Assembly: GCA_009602725.1 (NCBI GenBank)
Contig: WELB01000011.1
Coordinates: 583,638 to 609,105, forward strand
DNA: 25,468 bases
Reading direction: 5' to 3'
Source: Spirogloea muscicola
Taxonomy: Eukaryota
The notes under the pieces: generated by a model
Databases searched by the model: none
Seen by the model: only the letters and a program-made list of their open reading frames with translations
Told to the model about the DNA's origin: nothing
Translations under genes and position numbers: made by a program
Shown: one piece after another, positions 11,401 to 20,700 of the stretch
Numbering within the stretch: the stretch's first letter is position 1
Layout: each line of letters opens with the position of its first letter

Positions 11401-11784
11401 AAACGGGCGGCTACCAGCTGCCATGGCAATTGCACATGTAGAGGAGCACAAGGACTTCAGTGAGCAGAGTGCATGGTCAAATGTATTTCGTGGAGCTTCA
11501 AGGCAGCAATGATGATGATTCATGTTCGGCTCCAGCAAGTCAACGGTCATTGATATCTATTGATGTGCCGGTGACAGTGTTTGAGCATTGCCAAAACGAT
11601 GCCAATGATACACTATGCAGGCTAGCGGGCATCACATCATAGGCTGAGATATACCTGCCATCGGAAAGTAATGATGGAGCGTCAACAGGAGAGTCATAAC
11701 TTGTGCTAGCAGGGCAACATTGCCAATCAACGTGCAGGTTGGTCTCAACGTTGGGCTGCTCGTCCTCATCTTTGGCAGGAGCAT
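8500..11784 (-). CDS. PME: Pectin methylesterase (CE8, no PMEI pro-domain) with N-terminal hydrophobic segment and ~160-aa Pro/Ser/Ala/Thr-rich C-terminal tail; about 566 aa
   Basis: Exons 11784(or 11769)-11655, 11417-11135, 10873-10669, 10510-10385, 10248-10171, 9878-9750, 9495-9349, 9102-8500 (sum 1701 nt). Motifs: [72 protein letters not shown]. Exon 1 (..[18 protein letters not shown]..) looks like a signal or anchor. The start is uncertain. Confidence 0.9.
11003..11065. repeat. Tiny MITE-like hairpin: perfect 17-bp inverted repeats enclosing a 24-bp tandem duplication (PME intron)
   Basis: gtatggggaagaacatt (11003-11019) and aatgttcttccccatac (11049-11065) are reverse complements. aacattggc(c/t)gaatgttcttcccc occurs at 11014-11037 and 11038-11061. 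Confidence 0.8.
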
Positions 11785-11875
11785 GCAGCTGATCCACTAA
11801 CAAGCCAAGCGCGCCACAGCGCGCTTGAAGCTTTGCTGGGCTGGTCGCAGCTGCTTTTGGTGGCGCAGATGTCTT

Positions 11876-12407
11876 CTACGCAGAGACTACAGGAAGGCCC
11901 CGCCCTTTGTGAAGGCGAACGCGTGCGGGGTCGAACACGAGCTGCACAAGATCCTCAAGGTCTCTGTTCAAGACCGAATCTAGAAGCTGTCGTCAGCGAT
12001 GCAGCGGCGAGCGGAACAGTGCATCAAAGAGCAATCATACTGCCGAGCATGCGCGCTGATTGCAGCAGCAGGCGTCAAATCCACATCACGCTGCGGATGC
12101 CTGCTGCAGCAGGCAGCTGCAGCCGGGCATTCGCGGTGGCAAGTGGCAGCAGCGATGCGGGAGCAGGCACCTCGGCCTCGAGAGGCTTGGGGAGCGGAGC
12201 AGCACCAGCGATCGGGGAGCGGCGGCGTTGAGAATTAGTGAGCAGCAGCCGCGACGCCTCGTATGAGGAGGCGCCTGCGCCTTGCAGCAGTGGTGGCGGC
12301 GGCGGCGGCGGCGGCGGTAGCGGAGACGGGAGGCGGAGCTTGTGAGACGCCGCGCCGGGCGGCCGCGGCCTTTGAGGCGGCGGCGGCGGAGGCGACGGCG
12401 AGGGCAT
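11876..12407 (-). CDS. Possible Pro-rich upstream ORF or N-terminal extension exons of the PME gene
   Basis: gccgccATG at 12407 opens MPSPSPPPPPPQRP...PLPKPLEAE. A donor GAG|gtgcct can join a phase-0 acceptor at 11986, giving LLDSVLNRDLEDLVQLVFDPARVRLHKGRGLPVVSA*. No homology recognised. Confidence 0.3.
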
Positions 12408-12744
12408 GGCGGCGGCCGCCCCGGCGGCGTCGGCGGCGACGTGATCGGGGTCCCGACGTAGCCGGGGCAAGGAGGAGGGGCCTCGCCCTCTCTCCCCTCC
12501 TGGGCGTTAGCCTCTCGCCGTATTCAGGTAGGGCTACTTCTTGGGCCCCTCGCCTCAGAATGCTGGTCGCCTCCCCTCAGGACCATGCCGGGACGGCCCC
12601 GACGTGCGCGGGACGGCCGGTGTGCTGACGCTGACGCTGACCGAGACCGAAACCCCCCCCCCCCGGAACATACGCTCTAGTGGGATTCCGATACCTGCAT
12701 CGGCCTCCCAATTCCTAGCCCTTCTCGCATCCCGTCACGTGTGT

Positions 12745-13260
12745 ACCTTGTCGTTCTTTTGTGGGCTTGGCCTCTTCAGCCCTCGCCCCCTACAGAGGAG
12801 CTGTTCCTTCTCCTATAGCAGGCTATCTTAGGTATGCGCTTCCCGGCTCTTAAAACTTTTCTAATCAGGGCTGGCCGTTCACAACAATCGCCCCCTTCGA
12901 GCCTCTTCTCAGCCTCTGGCTTGCCCAGCGGGGTTGCTCTTCCTCCCCTCAGCTCATCTGACTTCCTACTGCTGACACCGGGGTACTGAGAGCGCTCTGT
13001 TTACTTTTCCCGTCCATTCCTTTGGGCTGGCCTCTCACAGCCACCAGTCAATTTGGCCGCGCTTTCTCTTTTTTGAGCTGGCCTTTCGTAGCCATAGCCC
13101 CTTCTGCAATTCCCGTTACTACAGACCGCGTAGATAAGTCTGGGCTGGCCTCTCACAAACAGCCATGGACGCCTTCATAAGCCCCTATCATACTTTCACC
13201 CTTCACCCCCCTCCGTTACCAAGAGCCTCGTCGACGGTCTGGCCGTCTCAGCTGCAACTC
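12745..13260 (+). mobile_element. Island 2: older, degenerate 3'-end fragments of the same retrotransposon group
   Basis: SSSDFLLLTPGY* at about 12950-12989. gtccattcctttgggctggc hairpin variants are present. ccaccagtcaatttggccgcgctt (about 13042-13065) is shared with 5665-5688 (-) and about 14313-14334 (+). ctggccgtctc (RLAVS-like) at about 13239. Confidence 0.65.
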
Positions 13261-14099
13261 ATTAGGCTGGGCCAATATGGCCACCACCTATGTTGACAGA
13301 GCCACTCGTCCTGTCCCTCTTTGCTGCTACTCCTGCGGTACTGTAGCCTGCAGTAGGACCTGTAGCTTCACTCTCAGCAGCTACGCTAGCCCCCCAGGTA
13401 CACGTTCCGGAGCTCTAATTCTCTGGGCTGTTTGTCTGCAGCCACCTATTCTATGCTTTGACGAAGACCCCAATACATGCATGTGGTGCATGTGGTGAGC
13501 TCCCATAGTTGAGATTACGAGCAGAAGCCACCTAGACAGAAGCAGGCTGAGTCAAAGTCAAGTGCAACAGGATGTGGAGCGCTCACTATAAACCTCCTCA
13601 CAGTATCGCCAAGTACTTCCGTCAGCAGCTCGTAGCCTCTAAGCTCTTATTGAATGGCATCAAAACGAGATTGTTAGAAAGCGACGGCCAGTGAATAATA
13701 CTCGTCCACACCACTCATGGCGCATCCTGTGACTTGAGGGCGTGGACAAGCTTAATTTGTTAAGTCGTCCTTGGCGCAACCAGCAAACCTGCAGCTGCAC
13801 TTGATCCCCAGTTGAGGAGACCGTTGGAGGTCAGACACGGGGTCGATGTGCAGGAAGATGTGCAGTACAGATAAACTTTTTGTGTTGCCTCATTTGAAAG
13901 CAGACAGCCTCAATTGGAGGCAACAAGGCACGACATAAACATCATGTTTCTAATTCACGAAGTCCTGTGGAGAGCGCGGCTTCTGGGAAGAAGCAGCTCT
14001 TCTGAAGAAAGTATGGTGCAAAGAGGTTCAAAAAGCAAGCCCACAAGATTGAACAGAAGGTTCAGAAGGATCCAGAGAAGGAGGAGACCACTAAGATAT

Positions 14100-14535
14100 G
14101 AGAGGAGAGGCGCGCACTGCGCATGAAATCAATGCGAGGCCAATTCAAGCCAATACATTGTTCAGGCAGAACATGCAGGAAGTGCAAAGAACGCAGCGCA
14201 AAGAATGTGGCTACATGAAATGACGCACTATACTAGGAGGGCCGGAGGTGCCACAGAGCGGGGGGAGCCGTGCTGACGGGGGCCATGTCGACTCGACCTG
14301 TACCGCTTGTGGACCAGTCAATCTGGCCGCGCTTTCTTCTTTGTGGAGCTGCTAGGGGAGGGTGAGGAAGCAGCAATGGCAGGAGGTGGACAAATGTACG
14401 TCACCTGCTGCTAAGCTGACCCGCTCAGTAACCACGAGTCAGCACATAGAGGTCGCTAGCTGACGCTCGAATACCGGACAAAGAGCGGGGGGAGCCGTGC
14501 TGACGGGGGCCATGACGACTCGACCTGTACGACCT
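14100..14535 (-). mobile_element. Island 3a: minus-strand retrotransposon 3' fragments
   Basis: ORF end ASDLYVLTRGY* (stop 14425). The subfamily-B 3'-UTR motif aggccaattcaagccaatacattgttcaggcaga is at 14137-14170. A ~49-bp duplication lies at 14255-14303/14482-14530. Confidence 0.75.
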
Positions 14536-14599
14536 GTATGAGAGGGGTGCCTGAGAGAGCCAGCCGAGTGCATGCAGTGTGAGAAAGTGGCTCTTCCAG

Positions 14600-15660
14600 A
14601 AGCTCGGGCTAAAGAGCTCAAGGACGCCGACCATCCGCGCGAAGACGAGTTCTTCCCGTTGGCGATTGACACCCATGGGGCGCTCGGTGGCTCGAGCTGC
14701 TCACACAGCTCGCCCGCCACACCATCGCCCGTCGCTTCCATGGGGAGCCGGTAGACTTTCCTGCAGCCGGGTCGCTGGCGCAAGTGTTTCGTATGCGCCT
14801 GGCCGTCTCGCTGCAGAGGTCTATGGCCCGGGCGTTGCACCTTCGTGCAGGCATTTCACAGCCGATTCTTTCATATCAGCAGCCGCTTTCTTCGTGCAGG
14901 CAGAGCCCTCGCTGCTGCCTCTGGCTCTGGCCAGGGGACCCACTTCCACGAGCCTAGCATCTCCGACCTGCATTAGTAGAGGTTTGTGAGTGACTCGTAG
15001 CTGCTTTGTTTCTCTGTGTGCTTGCTTAGCGCTTCCCCTGGCCCCCTTCTCGTATTCTGCCAGCCCCTCTCTTCTGTGGGCGAGCTCATCTTCGTACTCT
15101 GTTCATTCTTTTTTGGGCTGGCTTTTCCAGCCCCTATTCTCAATGGGCGAGCACTTTCTATAGCCCGCGCGCTGCACTTTTGTGCCAAGCCCTCGCTGCT
15201 GCCTCTGGCTCTGGCCAGGGGACCCACTTCCAGGAGCCTAGCATCTCTGATCTGCGGCTGCTTAGCAGGGGTTACTGAGTGTCTCGTAGCAGCTTTGTTT
15301 CTGTTACTTGGCGCTTCCCCCTGGCCCCCTTCTCGTACTCTGTTCATTCTTTTTCGGGCTGGTTGTTCCAGCCCCTATTCTCAATGGGCGAGCACTTTCT
15401 TCTTGTTACTGAGTGATTCGTAGCTGCTTTGTTTCTTTGTGTGCTTGTTTTACTTAACGCTTCCCCTGGCCCCCTTCTCGTACTCTGTTCATTCTTTTTT
15501 GGGCTGGCTTTTCCAGCCCCTATCCTCAATAAGCGAGCACTTTCTTCCAGGAGCCTATCATCTCTGATCTGCGGCTGCTTAGCAGGGGTAACTGAGTGAT
15601 TCGTAGCTGCTTTGTTTCCGTGTGTGCTTGTTTTTCTTAGCACCTCCCCTGGCCCCCTTC
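14600..15660 (+). mobile_element. Island 3b: four head-to-tail 5'-truncated subfamily-A retrotransposon 3' ends
   Basis: Copies at about 14600-15159 (RAKELKDADHPREDEFFPLAIDTHG, 7-nt deletion, RMRLAVSLQRSM), 15160-15402 (SISDLRLLSRGY*), 15403-15548 and 15549-15660. The first three end in g(g/a)cgagcactttct(tc); the fourth is cut short. Confidence 0.85.
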
Positions 15661-15661
15661 T

Positions 15662-15967
15662 GACGCGCCCTGGAGCGGGCGGCAGCCGATGTGGAGACAG
15701 GCCAACTCCCCTTCCAAGTCGCCCTCCGCACTGCCCGCGACAGGCTCCTGCAGGTCCACCCCAACATGTCCGAGCAGACTGTTCCTTTCCGGCACCTCGC
15801 CCACACTCCAGACCTGCGGGCTCAGGCACGCTTCACGGCGTTGGTCGAGAAGGCGGCCTCCGACCATGCGGTGGAGCTTCTCCCTCCGTCTGACGTTCGC
15901 GGGCGTGCTCGGCTTCTCTCCGCCTCTTCCCCTGGGGCGGCGGCGTGGCTCCAAGCGCTCCCACTCT
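15662..15967 (+). mobile_element. 5'-truncated internal fragment of the RLE non-LTR retrotransposon polyprotein (post-RT region), running into the gap
   Basis: Open frame ...RAQARFTALVEKAASDHAVELLPPSDVRGRARLLSASSPGAAAWLQALPL. RARLLS..GAxAWLxAxP is the motif that typically precedes the zinc knuckle/RLE in CRE-like elements. Confidence 0.75.
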
Positions 15968-16597
15968 NNNNNNNNNNNNNNNNNNNNNNNNNNNNNNNNN
16001 NNNNNNNNNNNNNNNNNNNNNNNNNNNNNNNNNNNNNNNNNNNNNNNNNNNNNNNNNNNNNNNNNNNNNNNNNNNNNNNNNNNNNNNNNNNNNNNNNNNN
16101 NNNNNNNNNNNNNNNNNNNNNNNNNNNNNNNNNNNNNNNNNNNNNNNNNNNNNNNNNNNNNNNNNNNNNNNNNNNNNNNNNNNNNNNNNNNNNNNNNNNN
16201 NNNNNNNNNNNNNNNNNNNNNNNNNNNNNNNNNNNNNNNNNNNNNNNNNNNNNNNNNNNNNNNNNNNNNNNNNNNNNNNNNNNNNNNNNNNNNNNNNNNN
16301 NNNNNNNNNNNNNNNNNNNNNNNNNNNNNNNNNNNNNNNNNNNNNNNNNNNNNNNNNNNNNNNNNNNNNNNNNNNNNNNNNNNNNNNNNNNNNNNNNNNN
16401 NNNNNNNNNNNNNNNNNNNNNNNNNNNNNNNNNNNNNNNNNNNNNNNNNNNNNNNNNNNNNNNNNNNNNNNNNNNNNNNNNNNNNNNNNNNNNNNNNNNN
16501 NNNNNNNNNNNNNNNNNNNNNNNNNNNNNNNNNNNNNNNNNNNNNNNNNNNNNNNNNNNNNNNNNNNNNNNNNNNNNNNNNNNNNNNNNNNNNNNNN
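15968..16597. other. Assembly gap (630 N)
   Basis: Run of N in the sequence. Confidence 1.
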
Positions 16598-17652
16598 CGT
16601 TGGCACCCCTCTGCACTCCGGCGCCAGGCACGGTGAAGCCCAGCTGGTCCAGTATCTGCTGCTTGGTGACATCCTTGGAGCCCCGGAAGACGTACGACTT
16701 TGGGCACTCCGTGAATCCCAGCTCGTGCACTTGGACCTGGGTCCCGAAGGTGATCAACCCTGGTGGGAATTGTTGTATATCAGCCGACGGAAGGAGCATG
16801 CTCAGCCTGATGCCCGCAGTACTGCAAGCACAGTAGCCGGGATCATTACCTACGAGCGCGTTCTCAGGTAGTAACCCGATGTGCTTGGAGATGGCCTGCT
16901 TGAGGTGCGCCAGCTCCTCCTCAATCAAGCAGATGTCGAGGACGAAGAGGAAGACCGGTGGCGAAGCCCCGTGGCTGGGCAGAACGTACTCGATGGTTGT
17001 GTACTGAGGGAAGAGCTCGGCAGGCAGGTTCGTCTCCGACATGCTCGAGTAGTGTGCCGGGAAGTGGTTGCGCTGCCAGCCGCAGACGTGCACCACACAT
17101 GTGACCCCTAGCTTGGTGCGCAGAAGTGGAAATTTGAGACTACCGATGCCTTACTTCGTCGAGCCATCTTGAGGTAATATTCTCGACATACTGACCACGG
17201 GACTTGGAGCTCTTGGAGTCCACTACCTCGCGAGCCAGAGTCCGACCCCGCAGCCGGCCTTGCTGTGTACCTGGTAGCAGAAGGGGCAAATCCATATGCG
17301 GCCGACGAAGTCGATGCGGGCAAAGGGGTTGAGGATGGCGCGGCACGACTTGCACTTGACTGGCTCATACGGCAGCACGGGCATCTCCGCATACGGCTTC
17401 AGCGGCGTGTACAGCGCGCCGAAGGGGATGACGCACTTGGTCGCCTCCACCTGCCGAGAAGCGTGGCGTCTTGGCGCCGTCAGAGCTGACGACTGGCCAG
17501 TGCGTGCCAGCCAGCGAGGGCCGCCCGCTTCACAAGCAGATGGCCCTGACGAGGACCAGACGGAGGAGGGCTCGCCTTGGAGTTGGGCCAGACGTTCCAG
17601 GACAGGCGGACGCCGTCCACCGCCTCGAGGTCGTGGAAGTCCGGCGCGGCCA

Positions 17653-17653
<1 letters not shown>
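16598..17653 (-). CDS. SEC23: COPII coat subunit Sec23, 5' portion (zinc finger and start of trunk domain), truncated at the gap
   Basis: Exons 17653-17576, 17450-17271, 17072-16850, 16759-16598(gap). Translation: [31 protein letters not shown]...[17 protein letters not shown]...[13 protein letters not shown]...[14 protein letters not shown]...PPVFLFVLD...[23 protein letters not shown]...KSYVFRGSK. Intron 1 is GC-AG. Confidence 0.95.

Positions 17654-17686
<33 letters not shown>
17654..17686 (+). repeat. (GGC)11 microsatellite between the SEC23 and PPR starts
   Basis: Read directly. Confidence 0.9.
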
Positions 17687-17749
17687 CGGCGCGGGGACCT
17701 CCTCCCGGCCTCCACGCTGGCTCTCCAGAGCTCCGAGGAAGCCAGGACG

Positions 17750-20700
17750 ATGATCCGTGCTGCCGCCGCCGCCGGCGACGCCCAGGTTGTGCCTTATCGC
17801 CGCCGCCGTCGCCGCCGCCGTCGCCGCCACTCACGACCAGGGGCAGGAGAGAGCGGGTCGAAGGCGGCAGAGCCAGAAGCTCATGCCCCGACGCTGCGCT
17901 GTTTTATCCGCATTGTGCAGGCGGCCCAGGCGGCCATGGCGCAGCTCCGGCGCCTCGGCCGCCCGCCGGATGGCCGCACCCTCAGCCTGTACCTCCGGGC
18001 GCTGTGCCGCGGCGGCCGCCTCGAGGAGGTGCAAGCGCCAAGCCACGATGCTGACGTTAACATCGATAACATCATAACTTAATTACATCCTAACATACCC
18101 AAATCAGTCATGCCGTGCCTTGCCCGCGCTCCTCCAGTTGGCTGGCCCTGGCAGCAAGCCCTTCACCTTCTGTAAGAAGAAATGCTGAGTTGGGACCAAA
18201 GGGATTTGAGCCCTTGACCTTTGGTTTTGGAGACCAGCTCACCGCCGGTGCAAGCTCTGCCAGGCCGTCGGGGAGCTGAATAGCGGCGCCGCATGGGACC
18301 CCTGGTGGCGCTCCCTCAACACGCACGTCTTCAACGTGGCCCTCAACGGCTGCTCCGCCGCGCGGAGCGCGCCGCTCGCTGCACGCACTGTCGCAGCCAT
18401 GGACGCCCGCGGCGTGCCCAAGAATGGGTGCTCCTACATGGAGCTCATCAAACTCCGTTCTGCCTCTGCTGCCACTGCTGCCGCCGCTGCTGTCGTTCCC
18501 TGTCGCACACTGGGTCTCTTTGCTCGCCAACTTCAAGTGGGCCTGGTTAAGAATCTTCTCTACGTGCAGAGGTCTGGAATGTCACCTTAGTGGAATGTAT
18601 GTCCTGATCGCAACATTTGCATGCTGAGTCTCTCTGGTCTTAATTGCACCATTTGCTCACCGCCACAGCTGACCATCTTGCGGCTACCGCAATGAGTTCC
18701 GGCGGCAGCTGGCGGGCCTCGTGGGTGACCGCGCAGCGGTGCTGCGATGGTGGACGGAGCTGCGGGTCGCACTTCCCCGTGGCGACTTCTTTGCATATTC
18801 TGCGCATATCATCGCGCTTGCACGCCTTGGCGACCTCGCCAAAGCCCGGGCTGCGCTGCAGGAGCTCTGCGCCGCCGCAGCGTCTGGCGTGATGGAGCTC
18901 CCAGCCGAAGGCAGCCGCTTCCAGCCGCGCAGTTCATTGCCAGCTGTCCAAGAGCATTCGCAGGACCCCTCTCCGTTGCCGGTCTGCGAGGCCAATATCG
19001 CAAGAAATTGTGCAGGTCAGGGTGGTGGCAATGTCGGAGCAGACCATGCGACTGTGGCAGTCGCCGCCAGCTCGCAGCGGCCCTTCTGGTCAGGCGGGCC
19101 GCTGCCAGCCCATGTTGGACTGCGGGCTCGCGCCGAGATTGCCTCAGCGTACAACTCGGTGATCAACAATGCTGGCCGCATGCGAAATAGCGAAATGGCC
19201 CAGGCCCTCTTTGCCGAGGTAGTGTGCACGCCCCTGGACCATGCTGCTACCCACGCCTGGACCCTAACAACCTCAACTTCTAGATTATAGTAAGCATGCG
19301 CTTCAAATCAAGCAATTAACACTCACCAGCGACTGCTGCATTGCAGATGCAAGTTGCGGGTCTCCCGGCAACAGTGTACACGTACAATGGCGTGCTACGT
19401 GCTGTCGCCAATGTCCATGGCATCGCACAGGCCCTGCGTGTGGTGAGCTTCGCTTCTATTGAGCTGTTGCCACGTGCAGGCGAGATGCCTTTGCCGCTTT
19501 TGTCCAGCAGCCTCTGAGTTTCCCTTGTGGCTGTCATTGCTGGGCCAGGTGGGCAGCATGAAGGCAGCGGGCCTGAAGCCCGATGAGCACAGCCGGGTAG
19601 CGCTGCTGCAGGCGAGCGTGTCTGAAGGCCGGATGGACGATGCTGAGGCCCTGCTTGGCAGCACGTGCCATGGCTTCAACATCCTGCTGCAGGCCTTTGC
19701 CAAGAGGGTGCGGCTTTTGCAAGCCAGAGACTGCGCCGCTTCCAGCTTTGAGCAAGTTGAAGCTCACAGCTTGTGTGATGTTTAGCGTGGTTCAAGCTTC
19801 TACTATGATGAAGTCCTGGGTCGTGAAATTTGCATAGCAGTTGTTCTGATGTGGTCCTTGTTGGTGTGTGCTGCTGGGCAGGGCGAACCGGCGCGAGCGT
19901 TGCGCGTGTTTGCAGCCATGAAGGCGAAACGGGTGCAGCCAGACGTGTGCACGTACCTGGCGCTGCTCGAGGCGCTCGCTGGGCCAGGCAGTGTGGGGCT
20001 TCTTGCAGCTGGTGAGGGCTGGTCGCGTGAGGAGGTGGCAGCCCGTGTCCTGGCGATCGAAAAGGACATGGAGGCGAGTGGCGTTACTCACACGTGCAAG
20101 TCGCTTGCCACAGTGGTAAGCACCACCATCCTGAGTAATCGACCATGCCTCAGTTGCTGAGCGCTACTGTCCACTGCATCTTTGAGTGCTTCTACTGCTT
20201 CTTTGAGTGCTTCTTGAGGCAATGCTCACTGATGTGTAGATGGGCTCAGCGCTTGCGAGCGAGCTATGTTTGCTGGATGCAGCTGCACGTGCTGGGAAAG
20301 GAGGGCATGGTGGATGCTGTTGTGCAGCGTGTGCGGGCTGCCCGGCAAGCTCAGGCGCGGCTGGCTGTTCCCATCCTTGACACCGCTGTGTACAATGCTG
20401 CCATGCACGCTTGCGTGCAGGCCGCCCAGGTGTGTCTCGCTTTTCATGCATGTGTCACAGACCCAGGTCTGTGACATAGCGTTTGAAAGATATCTTTAAC
20501 ATCTCAGCATCTTAATCCTCTTCTTGAGCCTCAGCTTTTGAGCTCTCAATAGTATATGTCATCGTGCACATAGCCTGGACTTTAAATTGACATCGTTGAC
20601 CTCCCTTGAGATACGTGCCCACATGACACAAGAAGCGCTGCCATTTCGCAGTTCTGACACCCCACGTCTTCCTCCCTCTCCTCCAACTGGTATGCTGGAC

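Noticed and set aside
13277..14126. Short ORFs (for example KYGAKRFKKQAHKIEQKVQKDPEKEE) as missing SEC23 exons or a new gene
   Set aside because: No Sec23 motifs, no coherent splice model and no recognisable homology.
15100..15159. Possible HDV-like ribozyme (GGCG A.. end motif in a retroelement)
   Set aside because: I could not assign the nested double-pseudoknot pairings. It folds as a simple two-stem hairpin and sits at the 3' end rather than the 5' end.
15637..17096. Long ORFs of 279-424 aa spanning the gap
   Set aside because: Artefacts of translating through N. They join retro sequence to SEC23 exons.
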